From Octopus vulgaris (taxonomy: Eukaryota): a DNA stretch of 64,000 bases. Location: positions 32,612,001-32,676,000 of the forward strand of contig OX597814.1 in assembly GCA_951406725.2 (NCBI GenBank), given 5' to 3'. The translations under genes were made by a program, and so were the position numbers. The notes below the pieces were generated by a model. It was given only the letters and a program-made list of their open reading frames with translations, did not search any database and was not told where the DNA came from. How positions within the stretch are numbered: position 1 is the stretch's first letter; every line of letters begins with the position of its first letter. Positions 37,160-50,748 of this stretch are shown one piece after another.

Positions 37160-38554
37160 GAACGTCCTTTTTGTAGGATATCTGGCTTCAATATTTAGAG
37201 GTGGATGTCACAGGTGGTTTTTTACGATGAATACTTTTGTATATGAATATTTTTATTGTTTGCGTATGTACGCCTTTGTGCGCATGAATGTGTGCGCTTG
37301 CATGTGTGCGCTTGCATGTGTGTGCGCGCGTGACTGCGTGACACCTGCGCATGTGTATGTGTATGTACGCATGTATATATCGAAAAACTGACAGTTTCAC
37401 ATATGCATGCCATCGTACACTCCCAGTTATTCATGCTTTATTAAATATCGTTGTATGTATGTCTGTCTGTATGTCTGTCTGTATGTATGTCTGTCTGTAT
37501 GTATGTCTGTCTGTATGTATGTATTTCCATTGACAAACACGCAAACATGCGCGCATGCACGCATACACACACACACACACACGTACAAGTATGAGTTTTT
37601 TGCAGTTATTTAGAATAGTGAAGCTCTCGAACACATGATGATCGTTCTAGAAACTTCATTCGAAAATACAAAATAACCTTGATAAAATTTTAAAATAAGT
37701 ACAATGTTTTTTTTAAAAGTATGCCATCTGCTTTTTGTGAAAACTAATATATAAATAGAACACCTGCTCCCCTTATATACAAATGTGCATTTGTATATAA
37801 GTGGACACATGTATATGTAAGTACTACATAGATAAATATATGTTTATGAAATACCATACTACATAAATTCTTGGTGATTTATTAAAACTCCTGTTTCCGC
37901 TTCAAGTGAAAATGTCGCAATTAGTAAATGGCAATTGAGAATAACTCTATATGAGGAGAGAATATAATCTGAAAGATGAATAATTTTCCAAATTTTACAT
38001 ATCATTAAGTAAAAGGACGTTCTACTCTTTATATGTATGTTTATGTCTATTGGCTGCTGAAGATATGATAGGACAACTGTAGTGCTGATGACGCCTCTTC
38101 AGACTGAAACACGTCTTAATTTCTCCAGTCAATGAGCCTCTCTTTTTCTCTAATGGTACGTAATCTTGGGAGAAATCTTGATTATTGAAGTTATTTCCCT
38201 TCTCTAATGGTGTTACTCACAATTGCCGTTAGGTAATTGTGACAAAATTCTAGAGGCGAAGATAAGCATAATAAACGAAGAATTTATGCTGTATCGCATT
38301 GATATATCCGTATTTCTATGATATTTATATAGCTACTGGCCTCTCTCAGTTATTCTTCTTAGTTCATTTTTGCTTAATATATGTATGTATATATGTCTGT
38401 GAATGTGGGTATGTCTGAGTGTGTCTGTATGTATAGATTATATATATATATATACATATGTATGTTTTCTTTCTGTTTTTAATTTAGAATAAATTCTGAC
38501 CGGCCTCCTGCTCTGAAGCAAGTTTGTGAAGGAAAGCCTCTTGTTTTGTTCGTC

Positions 38555-39465
38555 ATCGTTTAAAACTTGCAGATGTTTATAGCTCCAGATATTGTGATCA
38601 TTTGTAGCGCATGAATAAAAATTTGAATTTTCTCCTCAAAAACCCAAACTTAGCCACACTTTGCTCCAGATGGATTGCTATTTATACCGTTACTCTAATT
38701 ATATGCGTATAAAGCTGCGAGAGTATCTAGAGCACTGGTTTTGGAAACTCTTTTTCAATGGTTCACAGATATTCTGTTTCGCTTTTTCTAACCACATTCG
38801 TGTCCAGAGGGCGGCTGGCTTCTACAACATAACAGAACTTTGTTCTAAGGTCCCACACAACAATATCGGACCAGTTGCGTTTTAACTTGATGGCTCTTTT
38901 AATTCTTAGGGTCATCAATCTTGAATTCTTCCTCATTGTATATTCCCGAAGACTTTCACATGATGTTTATGATTGCTACATCTTTATATATAAAAGTCAA
39001 GTTGTGTGTCTGTCTCCTACGATTTAGATTCCTAACTACTCCCAGATTTTGCGGTTTAACCAAAACCGGGTATCTTATAGTCGTGATTCATATCGAGCCC
39101 TTCTGGGTATTAGCGCGCATCTACGATGAGTCTACGATTTAAAAAAAAAATTACCATCATTTTTTTCCATTTTAATGCATTTTTCGCTATTATGTAAGGG
39201 AAGTAACTCTCTAAAAATGTCTACGATGAGTCAACGATTTTTAAAAAAATTTACCATAATTTTTTTTCATTTTTAATGCATTTTTTTGCTATTTTTTGGC
39301 TATAACTTTAAAAATGCTTATATAGTTATTTCCCTTACAAACCCGAGCAACACCGGGCGATACTGCTAGTAGTAGATATTTGAAAAATAACTTGTCATCT
39401 CAGGTGGACGTGTTTCTTCAGCCCGTAGACTTGATTTTACGACGCCAGAACCTGTTGGTCAGCAT
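38555..39465 (-). mobile_element. Decayed R4/Dong-type LINE 3' region (restriction-like endonuclease), interrupted by a Helitron
   Basis: NWSDIVVWDLRTKFCYVVEASRPLDTNVVRK and C-terminal LQMITISGAINICKF*. Confidence 0.6.
38981..39369 (+). mobile_element. Non-autonomous Helitron
   Basis: A|TC...hairpin...CTAG|T; empty-site paralog near 40906. Confidence 0.92.
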
Positions 39466-39524
39466 CTTAATATCTAACCATACAAACAGACACGAGTATA
39501 TATATCTCCATGTGTATATATACT

Positions 39525-40162
39525 TATGTGACAGGATAGTAAGAAGTTTGCCTCCCAATTTCATAGTTCGGTGTTTAGTTCCGCTACAGGGCACTTTGAG
39601 CAAATGTTTCCTCCTGTATCCTCGGGCCGATTAATGCCTTGTGAGTGTATTTGATATACGGAAACCGAAAGACGCCCGTCGTACATATACACATATCTAT
39701 GTGTGTGTCTTTGTTTCAGTGTTTGCTCCCCACCCAGTACTGCTTAATTACCAGCGTCAGTATTTTTTGCACACGGCGAGCTGGCAGAAACGTTAGCACG
39801 CCGGGCGAAATGCTTAGCGGTATTTCGTGTGCGTTACGTTGTGAGTTCGAATTCCGCCGAGGTCGACTTTGCCTTTCATCCTTTCGGGGTCGATAAATTA
39901 AGTACCAGTTACGCACTGGGGTCGAGTAATCGACTTAATACCTATGTCTGTCCTTGTTTGTCCCCTCTGTGTTTAGCCCCTTGTGGGTAATAAAGAAATA
40001 AGTATTTTTTACACACCCGTAACTTAGCGTTTTGACAAAAGTAAGCAATAAAATAAGCAGCGGGCTTTTAAAAAGTAAGTATCGGGTTCATTCATTCGAC
40101 GAAGGTTCTTCAATGCGGTGCCCCAGCATGGTCGTATTCTAATGACTCAAACAAAAGATAAA
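39525..40162 (+). mobile_element. SINE family A with nested SINE B
   Basis: Head 39525-39680; tail gcggtgccccagcatggtcg...tgactcaaac. Confidence 0.75.
39775..40003 (+). mobile_element. SINE family B, full length
   Basis: ggcgagctggcagaaacgttagc...gagttcgaattcc; imperfect target duplication agtattttt.cacac on both sides. Confidence 0.88.
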
Positions 40163-40416
40163 AGTGTGTGTGTGTGTGTCTGTCTGTCTGTCTGTATGTG
40201 TGTGTGTGTAGGAAGAGACATGAATTGGCCCCTTGGAAAACAAAGGAGAGATAAATATACGAAAGATGGCATAAAACAAAGCAACTAGCAGGCAGCTTGA
40301 TATAAGTCAAAATGTATGCGTATGGACATGCACGCGTGTGAGTAATTCTGGATGCTAAATGACTTAACGCGACTAGCAAGGCAGATAAGAATAATAATGG
40401 CACCATTTAGAACACA

Positions 40417-40811
40417 CTAGCAGTATCGCCCGGCGTTGCTCGGGTTTGTAAGGGAAATAACTATATAAGCATTTTTAGAGAGTTATAGCCAAAAAATAGC
40501 CAAAAAATGCATTAAAAATGGAAAAAAATTATGGTAAATTTTTTTAAAAATCGTTGACTCATCGTAGACATTTTTAGAGAGTTACTTCCCTTATATAATA
40601 GCGAAAAAATGCATTAAAATGGAAAAAAATGATGGTAATTTTTTTTTAAATCGTAGACTCATCGTAGACGCGCGCTAATACCCAGAAGGGCTCGATATAA
40701 ATCACGACTATAAGATACCCGGTTTTGGTTAACTGCATCGCAAAATGTGGGAGTAGTTAGGAATCTAAATCGTAGGAGACAGACACACAGCCTCTCTTTT
40801 ATATATAAAGA
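40417..40811 (-). mobile_element. Non-autonomous Helitron
   Basis: Reverse complement of 57264-57659; TC/CTAG ends, A|T site. Confidence 0.92.
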
Positions 40812-40857
40812 TTACTTGAAATCTGATAGCGCAAGAATACTTTTCTGACGAATGTCT

Positions 40858-41098
40858 TCATTGCATATTCCCGAAGACTTTCTCATGACTGCTTATGATT
40901 GCTACATAGTAGACATTTGAAAAATAACTTGTCGTGTCTCAGGTGGACGTGTTTCTTCAGCCCGAAGACTTGATTTTACGACGCCAGAACCTGTTGGTCA
41001 GCAATATCTAACCACACAAACAGACACGAGTATATATATCTCCATGTGTATATATACTTATGTGACAGGATAGTAAGAAGTTTGCCTCCCAATTTCAT
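40858..41098 (+). repeat. Local duplication of ~38933-38980 + 39370-39565 lacking the Helitron
   Basis: tattcccgaagacttt...gattgctaca|tagtaga...tttgcctcccaatttcat shared. Confidence 0.9.
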
Positions 41099-41108
41099 GG
41101 TTTGATAA

Positions 41109-42917
41109 CACTGGTCAACAAGTTTTGAAAAGTAGTGTGCTTCTTAAATGAGTTTAGTTTATTCGTGTGTATTTTTATGCACTGAATTCAAATATCCCCT
41201 TGAACATTCTTTTTAGTTATAGATTAAAGGATAAGCAGCCTGTAATATTGGATTACTTTATTAGAACGTGCAGTATGTATTATTACATATTTTAAACTCT
41301 AGTCTGTATTTACTCTCTTCCTTTTTGCTTGACGCTTGTAATTGGCTGAAGAATCATCACTTGCCAATGTCCAGCAATAGTCTGCAAGCATTGTTGTGCT
41401 CCATTTACCCTGGTACTGTTTTTCCATGGTTGAAATATCTTGGTGAAACCTTTCCCCATATTCGTCACTAACTGTCATATGGTTTGCTGGAAAAAAAGTC
41501 TAAATGTGAGTTCAAAAAGTAGATTTTAAGTGACATGTTATATCCCATTTTCTTGTAAGCTTTAATGAGTTTTTCCACCAATTCTACATAGTTTCTTTCC
41601 CTTCTGTTTGCGAGAAATCCCTTCGCCACTAACTTCAATGCTTACCACGCAGCTTTCTCCTCCCCATTAAGGGTTGATTCAAAGTCTCCATCCGCGGACC
41701 AATGAATGCTCTCTCCCTCTATTTTACCGTATTGTTACTCAATGTGGGGAATTTTGATGTTAAATACTTAAATCCCTGACCAAGTGTGTCCACAGATCTT
41801 ACAAAGTTTTTCATGAGCCCCAGTTTTATGTGTAGTGGTGGAAGCAAAATTTTGTTTGGTTCAGTGAGAGGTGAATGTTGATCATTTTTCATCCCACGCT
41901 CCAGTGATTGATGATATGGCTAGTCTCTCTTGATATAGTGGGAACCTCTTACACGGCTATCCCATTCACACAGAAAACATCAGTACTTGGTGTACTTACC
42001 ATGCAAGCCCATCACAAGATCAATAACCTTTAAGTCCCCACAGAGCTGCTATTTATGTTCATTATATCTTATGCATAGCTGACAGCTATGGGCGAATAGC
42101 TGATGGAATGTTTGGATATTCAATAGACTCCTTTTTCTTCTTTGACAAGCCCTTTTGTACTGAGGTTACCATGCAGAAATAATTGTTGGTATGGTCTGTT
42201 AGCTCCCGCCACGTCATTAGCACAGCAAGAGGCATTCCTTTCCTCTTAAACCATTGCCGAAGGTTAGTAGCACAAGTGTTGTAGTATATGTGAGGGGCCC
42301 AGTTCTTATCCTAGTCACCAATCTTGCATCCAAAATATAAGAAAATTACCTTTCTAACCATGGCAGTTATACGGCGTTTCTGTGATGGAAGGATCACCCT
42401 ATCACAAATGTAGCAGAAGTTGTCTGTCTTATCCACACAAGTACGAGACATCTGAAAGGAGAAAACAATAAACATGTAGAAGATAAACAAACAAAAAAAA
42501 TTCATGAACTTATCATTATCATACAGAACATGACAGCGTAGCAGAATTGTTTATATTATTCAGTAGGAAAATGAAATTAATATAAAATGTCTCACATGCA
42601 TATCAAAAGCTTGCTCGATGAATATTTATTATAAGTTTTAAAATGTTTGACTAGGGAAATCACCTACCTTTCAACTTAAAATGTAAACTTGCACAGCACA
42701 ACCACCTCATATTACTGTTGTAATATTACTGAAGTGTAGTGCGACTGAGTGCGGTAAGAAACACACAGCCACAAGTGTGTTGGAACTTGTGACACGTAGG
42801 TTTATCTTGAAAAGCGGAGCTAACAAACAAATATAACCATGATATTCATTATCAGTAACCTAAAATTAATTGGAAATTTCTACTCTGGTCTCGGAAGCAA
42901 ATTGTTGTTGACCGGTG
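41109..42917 (-). mobile_element. DNA transposon with decayed, internally deleted transposase (TA-flanked, probably Tc1/mariner superfamily)
   Basis: Terminal repeats cactggtcaacaa / ttgttgaccggtg|TA; MSRTCVDKTDNFCYIC, YFGCKIGD, LLPPLHIKLGLMKNFV, MSLKIYFLNSHLDFF, GERFHQDI, MLADYCW; family assignment is from memory. Confidence 0.85.
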
Positions 42918-43254
42918 TAATGAGAAAGTTGTTTTTATGTACGTAGAGTACTTATTTCATAAGCAGGGTGAAGTTAGAAGCTTACGTGTTTGCATAACTA
43001 CCAGAAATAGAAACCGGATTTCCCTCTACAGTGTGCTGTACAACAGACTACTGATGCAGCTACCTCTCCTTCAACCCGTTACATGAGATGTTCCGCTGGA
43101 CCAAAAGTGGTTATGTCGAGAGTATCTCAATGTCTACTCGCGATGACATAGGGATATAAAGCTATTAACAAAAGCATGGTACAAATTACTGGGTCATACT
43201 CGATAAATACTAAATAACGACTGAGTTTAACAGATGCATATACACACATATATA

Positions 43255-43326
<72 letters not shown>

Positions 43327-43520
43327 CTTAAATTTCGGAATTACTACTATTTGCGGTTGGAGTCCTGGCTGCTCTTTCTAGTGGGTCGAACGGCCTATTG
43401 AGGCCGTTCCTCAATTGTTGTTGAATTTATTTATAGTCACTGACTATTTCCTCTTTCTCACTAGACCGCTGGTGGCAAAATAATTTCTATTGAATTTTTT
43501 GCTACCCTAAATTGATTAAT

Positions 43521-43557
<37 letters not shown>

Positions 43558-43559
<2 letters not shown>

Positions 43560-43964
43560 GATAAATATCAAAGTGAGTTATATACAGTAGCGGTAACACA
43601 TCGTGACGTATATTTGCCATTTCAATATGGCTAACCCCTAACTTTGATATTTATCATTGTTTGATTTCACTTTTTCAATATCAGCGACAGTGGACGCTGG
43701 AAAAAGTATAAGTATTTGTGAAGGAAATCTAATTCTCGCCGACAACTATGATTGTCACACGCTGACGAGAGGTCAATACCTCGAAACTCGAGTCCGTGTG
43801 TATCATAAGTTGAAGACGGGAAGGATGACTTCCCTTTGCAAATACCGACAGGACACAGAAAGTGTGTCTATGGCCAGCTGGAGGAGTGTGTCCTCCTGGG
43901 GCTAAAAACTACAGTAGCATCCACCCTTAGGGGTTAGCCATATTGAAATGGCAAATATACGTCA

Positions 43965-43968
<4 letters not shown>
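43558..43968 (+). mobile_element. Penelope-like pLTR with inverted terminal copy, in (TA)n
   Basis: 41-bp inverted repeat 43601-43641 / 43927-43967; second 16-bp inverted repeat tgataaatatcaaagt / actttgatatttatca; canonical HHR inside. Confidence 0.75.
43743..43812 (+). ncRNA. Minimal type I hammerhead ribozyme, canonical core
   Basis: cacacg-CTGACGA-gaggt caat acctc-GAAA-ctcgag-TC-cgtgtg; GUC site; palindromic stem III; extended stem I caactatgat/atcataagttg. Confidence 0.9.
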
Positions 43969-44037
<69 letters not shown>

Positions 44038-44555
44038 TGTATGTATGTATGTATGTATCTATGTATAGTGGGAGAGAAACAGGGAGAAATACGAGAGAAA
44101 AAGAGAGAGCGGAAGATCGACTTTGCCCTCCATCATTCAGTGATCCATAGATAAAGTACCAATGTACGGAGGCAAGGCTAATGGAAATATGACTGCGTTC
44201 TAGGAGATAGGTTGTGGTAACTTTTACAGCATTTTGGACTATGAGATCAAATTCCGCCGTGGCCAACTCGAGTTGAAGAGACATTAAGTCGCCTGGTACA
44301 AGAACACCATCATCTGACACCTGGGGCACTTTAACGTAATTCATTTCTGTCCAGAAACATGATTTTAGTATAGCTTCAGCTGTCTCTCCTACCAGTCTAA
44401 AGTCTGAATAAATGTTCATGGGCGTCGCCGTTCCTTTTTGACAAAATGATTAAAACATATAAATATATAAGTATATATCTGTGTGTGGGTGAATGTTATG
44501 TATATCGGAAGAGAAAGGAAGGGAATGGATGGAGTGATAGATAAATAGATAAATG

Positions 44556-44638
<83 letters not shown>

Positions 44639-44970
44639 GCATGCATGCATACATACATTAATACATACATACATACATACATACATACATACATACATAC
44701 ATACATACATACATACATACATACATACATTGAGCAATGAAAGATACACGTAAATATTGACTGAAAATAGGAAATGCCCTGTAGTCACGTTGGCAGACAA
44801 CATACAGAGAATAAATATGAACGAATAAGCCTGTGGAAATATTAGATGTATGTATTATATACATACATATATGTGGGGTATAGTTAGATAGATAGAGAGA
44901 TAGAGAGAGATACATACATACATACACACGCACTTAGTTACATGCACATACACATACATATAAACATATA

Positions 44971-45036
<66 letters not shown>

Positions 45037-45324
45037 CATACATACATACATACATACATACATACATACATACATACATACATACATAATGTCGTAAACA
45101 TTAAAATCAGAAAGACTAGCGCAGGAAAACAAAGTATGACAAATATGATATTAGTTTTCTGCTTAAGATGTTCAAGTGTGTTTAGAGTCTAGTAATATTT
45201 TGGACCTTGGTCTTCCTTCAGCAAGTAAAGGTGTAACTTAATGTGAGAAAAGAGAGAGAAAGCGTTACATTTTTGTTTATCTGTGAGAGTGTATTTTATG
45301 TATGTGGGACAAAACATGTCGAAT

Positions 45325-45714
45325 TTTTTTTTAGAAGCACTCCGTCGGTTACGACGACGAGGGTTCCGGTTGATCCGATCAACGGAACAGCCTGCTCGTG
45401 AAATTAACGTGTAAGTGGCTGAGCACTCCATAGACACGTGTACCCTTAACGCAGTTCTCGGGGATATTCAGCGTGATACAGAGAGTGACAAGGCCGGCCC
45501 TTTGAAATACAGGCACATCAGAAACAGGAAGTAAGTGTGAGAGAAAGTTGTGGTGAAAGAGTACAGCAGGGATCACCACCATCCCCGCCGGAGCATCGTG
45601 GAGCTTTAGGTGTTTTCGCTCAATAAACACTCACAACGCCCGGTCTGGGAATCGAAACCGCGATCCTACGACAGCGAGTTCGCTGCCCTAACCACTGGGC
45701 CATTGCGCCTCCAC
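45325..45714 (-). mobile_element. SINE family C, full length with 11-bp target duplication
   Basis: ACATGTCGAAT at 45314-45324 and 45715-45725. Confidence 0.9.
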
Positions 45715-45779
45715 ACATGTCGAATAAGCTATGTAGGACAGCATTTGCAAGGTGAACAGTGTAATATGTGTTTTTGGTT

Positions 45780-46560
45780 GTGAGTGAAGATACACATTTT
45801 AAGGTGAAAATGCGGGCCTGGAGCGAAAGGTTTCAGCAGCAGCGCTGCCATAGATCAAGGAGCTGGGTAGCACACTTTGTAGGAATGTGTGGGATTAAGG
45901 TTGGAGTGTGACTCGCTAATAGAAGCAAAGAAAGATAGTGTAAGATGGTCGTCAGAAACTGTTTTGTCGGGGAAATTTAGCAAGGTATCAGAGACGGAGA
46001 ATATAAAATGGAGATTATGGTTGAGGAAGCTCACAAAGGTGATTAAAGAGCTTAAATTTTTGCGTGGGAAAGGTGGCACTGAGACAGTCGGTAATGCAAT
46101 GGCAGTACAGATCTGGAGACTTCGCATGTCCAACGAAAAAACAGACATCTTTGGGAGCCATTCACGTTCCCATGGCTACTCTAGTGATTTATTCCTAGAT
46201 TTCGCCGACGAAGAAAAGGACATTTGAGAATGAGAACAAATTTTACGGTAGAGAAATGCTAGGATAAAGAATGAAGGCGGCGAGCTGGCACAAGCGTTAG
46301 CACGCCGGGCGAAGTGCGTAGCAGTATTTCGTCTGCCATTATGTTCTGAGTTCAAATTCCGTCGAGGTCGACTTTGCCTTTCATCCTTTCAGGGTCGATA
46401 AATTAGGTACTAGTTACGCACTGACGTCGATGTAATCGACTTAATCCGTTTGTCTGTCTGTCTTTGACCACTCTATGTGTAGCCCCTTGTGAGCAGTAAG
46501 GAAATAAGGATAAAGAGTGATGCAGAGTGCTAGAAAGCGTCTTAAGGGCCCGCTCTTTAT
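45780..46560 (-). mobile_element. Highly decayed Penelope-like RT region, interrupted by SINE B
   Basis: RVAMGT*MAP (GVAMG motif) and NHNLHFIFSVSDTLLNFPD...ESHSNL resemble PLE RT motifs 5-7. Confidence 0.5.
46275..46506 (+). mobile_element. SINE family B, full length with 14-bp target duplication
   Basis: aggataaagaatga (46261-46274) / aggataaagagtga (46507-46520). Confidence 0.9.
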
Positions 46561-46969
46561 CATTGACCAGCAGAGCGTGTTTTTCTTTTTTGTTTTTCTA
46601 TGTAATTTTGTTGAAAATTTCTATGTAATTTTCTATGTAATGACCGCAACAATAAGTACCAGAGATTAACAAAGTGTTGAGATTGATACGATTGATTAAA
46701 AATTTCAAGTTAGTGCCTAAATATGGACACCGTCTAAAGACCGAAGAACTAAGAGTACATATAGAGAGGCACGCTCACAAGTTGTACAGATGATAGAAAA
46801 GTCTCATCGGTACAAAACCCTGGGGATAGAAGGCAACAAGTGTTAGAAGCAATATATGTGAGCAATTTACTGCCGTTCCAGAATCACAATCGGTGCGTCA
46901 CCTAAGCATTGACATAGTTAGTGATGCATCCTTCCATGTGCTTATTACAAAGTTATTATTATTTATATA

Positions 46970-47146
46970 TGTGTGGTAAGAGGTTTGCTTCACAGCAAAT
47001 TGGTTCCGGGTCCAATCCCATTGTGTGGTACATTGGGTAAGTGTCTTCTACTGCAGCCTCAGGCTGACCAAAGTCACGTGAGTGAATTTGGTAGACGGAA
47101 ACTGAAAGAATCCCGTCATATGTGTGTATATATATATATATATATT

Positions 47147-47190
<44 letters not shown>

Positions 47191-47504
47191 TCGCAATGGC
47201 CCAGTGGTTAGGGCAGCAGACACGCGGTCGTAGGATCGCGGTTTCGATTCTCAGACCGGACGTTGTGAGTGTTTATTGAGCGAAAACACCTAAAACCTCC
47301 ACGAGGCTCGGGTGGGGGGGGGTGATCCCTGCTGTACTCTTTCGCCACAACTTTCTCTCACTCTTTCTTCTGTTGGCCTGCTCGCTTAGCCAGCAGGGTG
47401 GTGCCATTTGAAGGCTAAAACAAGACGAAGCGCACTGTGACCAGCGATGTGTAGCTACATCTGAAAGCTTGGTCGGTCACGGTGATCACGGTGATATATA
47501 TATG

Positions 47505-47587
<83 letters not shown>

Positions 47588-47858
47588 ATATGTATATGTG
47601 CATGTGTGTCTGTGTGTCTGTGTGTCTGTGCATTTATCTATGTGTGTGTGTCAATGTGTCTGCGTTTGTCTCCATTTGAAAACCGGTATTGGTATCTTTA
47701 TGTCCCCATAACTTAGCGTTTCGGCAAAAAAGACCGATAGAATAAAACTAGGCTTAAAATAAGTCCTGGGGACGATTTGTTCGACTAAAAACCCTTCATT
47801 GCGGTGGTCCAGCATGGCCGCAGTCGAATGAGATAAACAAACAAAAGAGTAAAAGAAT
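46970..47858 (+). mobile_element. SINE family A with a SINE C variant (47190-47495) nested in its microsatellite
   Basis: A head 46970-47120, A tail 47640-47858; C head gcaatggcccagtggttagggcag with a distinct 3' tail. Confidence 0.8.
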
Positions 47859-47861
47859 ATA

Positions 47862-48055
47862 TTAAATGTGACCTCGTGTGTACCGTTGGCGATTTTTTTC
47901 CCTCTATCTTTCCTTCTCTGGATCTTTCCTGCTCCTATGTTTCCGACGAAGAGCTCCGCTCGAAACGTTAAACCCTCCTTCTTTCCTTCTTTCCTGAGCG
48001 TCCAATAATTCTATATTTATTCCACGTCCTCGCGTTGTTGTGTCTTAGTGCTTAT
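47862..48055 (+). mobile_element. Penelope-like pLTR fragment
   Basis: Homolog of 7392-7612; contains an HHR. Confidence 0.7.
47939..47973 (+). ncRNA. Minimal HHR, core CCGACGA
   Basis: gttt-CCGACGA-a-gagc tcc gctc-GAAA-cg-TT-aaac; palindromic AACGTT. Confidence 0.65.
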
Positions 48056-48254
48056 ATATATAGTATTTCTTTATAATATTAATGTAGAATATAGAATATA
48101 TAGTATAAATAATATATATAGTAAAATGAAATGAAGTATTGATTGTCTTATTGAATAGATGAAATATTGAATATAAGATATTAAGGGACTAGTATACTTT
48201 CTTACATTAAAGCAGCCTTCAATGTCCCATGTTGTGACAAGTGTGTTTCAACGG

Positions 48255-48298
<44 letters not shown>

Positions 48299-48402
48299 CA
48301 CACATTTGGAAGGATACAATTACCTTCATCCGTATAAAACTTCATATTTAAAAGAGTTCGCGTTTCTATACATGTGTGTGTGTATTCAAGCGTGGGCATA
48401 TG

Positions 48403-48448
<46 letters not shown>

Positions 48449-49126
48449 CATACATACATACATACAATCATACACACATACAATCATATATATATATATA
48501 CACTCACATATACACATACATATATGCGTATATACATCACACCTTATGTTATTTTCTAGTAGAATACTTCATAAGAAAACAATGCGGAAATAAAATAAGG
48601 AGAGAAGGAGAAGCAAAAATGAAAATATAAAATAGTGTTTTATTACCTGGCAATGGCCTGAAATCTTTTGCTAAAATTGATACCATTGTAAGAAAAATAC
48701 TGCAGACAAATTCCATATTTTCTATTTCATTGTTTCACAGTTTTATTCATACACCTATTCGATTATACTGCTTTAGCTGGGGGCATCCTATCTTGGCGCC
48801 ATCTCACTTATTTTCTATGACATCCTGTCTTCTTTTTCTTATATGGGTAAAAACAGTAGAGGAGAAATTTTCATTGTCAGTATGATTTCAATTAATTTGA
48901 AATAATTTTATCGTAACTATTATACTTTTGTACTATTACACTCGTACAGACGCATTCACATAGCCGCATACACATATACAAAAATATACTCGCATACATG
49001 AGAATGCACGTGAACATACATACATTGATAAATGCATTGACAAGCACACACACACACACACACACACTGGGATGTACATGATTATATTTCTAGATATATG
49101 TATATATGTAAATATTTATATTTATG

Positions 49127-49205
<79 letters not shown>

Positions 49206-49569
49206 ACGTATATGTATATATATGTATATATTGTAATATTTTATATGTATGAGTATATTGTTTTATTCTACACATATATCTGTTTATAACAGTATATGCT
49301 TTTGTCATGTGTGTCTCTGTGTGTGCGTGCGTGCGCACGCTCGCACGCGTATATGTAAAAGGGACATCAAATCCGTTACCATTATAGGCATAAGTCTGCT
49401 ATGAAAAAGTTATGCTTAAAATCGAGTTGATAGCCACAATATACATACATAGACACACACACACACTCACATATATACATATACATACATACATAAACAT
49501 ATCTATATATAAAAATATATATATATACATAGTGTATATATACATATATATATATATATATACATATAT

Positions 49570-49642
<73 letters not shown>

Positions 49643-50140
49643 GATTTATAATGAGTGGGTACCTAATAGGTATTCCTGTATTTGTTTTGTTTCTTTCGCT
49701 TGCTTCAGAAATTGTTCTCTATCGCCGTTTGCTTCTAGAGCGATTTTATATAACGAGTCCTTTTTTTTTTATTACATATCTTCAAGCTAATTTTTATTCA
49801 GCCAAGCTTATTGTCTTGTTTAATAACTGAAAATTTATTTTGCCTCTCCAAATCTTCCCCATTTCTAAATTTCAATATCATCATTTATTTCTCTCACATA
49901 ATAATTTTTTTAGAAATTTAAAACTGAACTCTAACAACCCAACTTTTTGTATGCTATCCCTCGACCTGATATGAGGTACCAGACAAGGAAGAAATTTAGC
50001 ATTTCGGTTGACTGCCTGGAAAGAGGTGGAGCTATGTATGTCCGAGAAGACAAGGTGAAAATGAGACTCTAAGGGAGTCATGAACGACCGAGGGAATCAC
50101 GAGATACAAAGCGAATCACTTGTCAACGATAGAGTCGTCT

Positions 50141-50216
50141 GCCACTGAAGGGTTGACGAATCACCGACGCAGTTGCTACGCAACGAGAGATTCAGGAGAC
50201 AACGAAACATTCTGGT
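50141..50216 (+). ncRNA. Possible HHR with long stem II (degenerate core)
   Basis: gcca-CTGAAGG-gttg...aatc...gttgc tac gcaac...gatt...caac-GAAA-cat-TC-tggt. Confidence 0.4.
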
Positions 50217-50748
50217 CATTAACGGCGTCTCCTTCGCGACCTGCAGAAACAAATAGTCACACAGTGGTTTTAAGGGCTCATATTTTATATACAAATAGTC
50301 GGGATAGTTATAGTTGGAACATCATTGATCATGGACTTCGTCGATCAGCATTAACATGCTGCCAAAGAACAACAATATTTCTGAATACAATATTATTAGA
50401 GAATGAAATAAAATTGCTCCTCCCGCTCCATGTCGTATATGGTCTAAATAATATTAGAGGACAGACGTGAATTCGATGGCGAGGGACCTCAAGAACTTAT
50501 TTGTTGCATTTGTTCCATTTTTTTATATTTATTATAGAAGCAATCGTGTCCCATAACCTATGTCACCCTATGGTCACAATTGAAGGCTTCGTCTTCTTGT
50601 ATTCCCAAATTGATTTAGCTTGATGGTGTCCATTCCTCTCTAAGTTATATCCAGGCTTTATAGCAGGTTTTCGAAATGCCCATCCAAATTGCTCAGAACT
50701 GTGAATTAACACAGAGTTTCAAATCTACTTTACACAGCTACGAATATA

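Noticed and set aside
38085-38115. CTGATGA...GAAA-cacg-TC hammerhead-like string
   Set aside because: Stems I and II do not pair convincingly; at most a decayed copy
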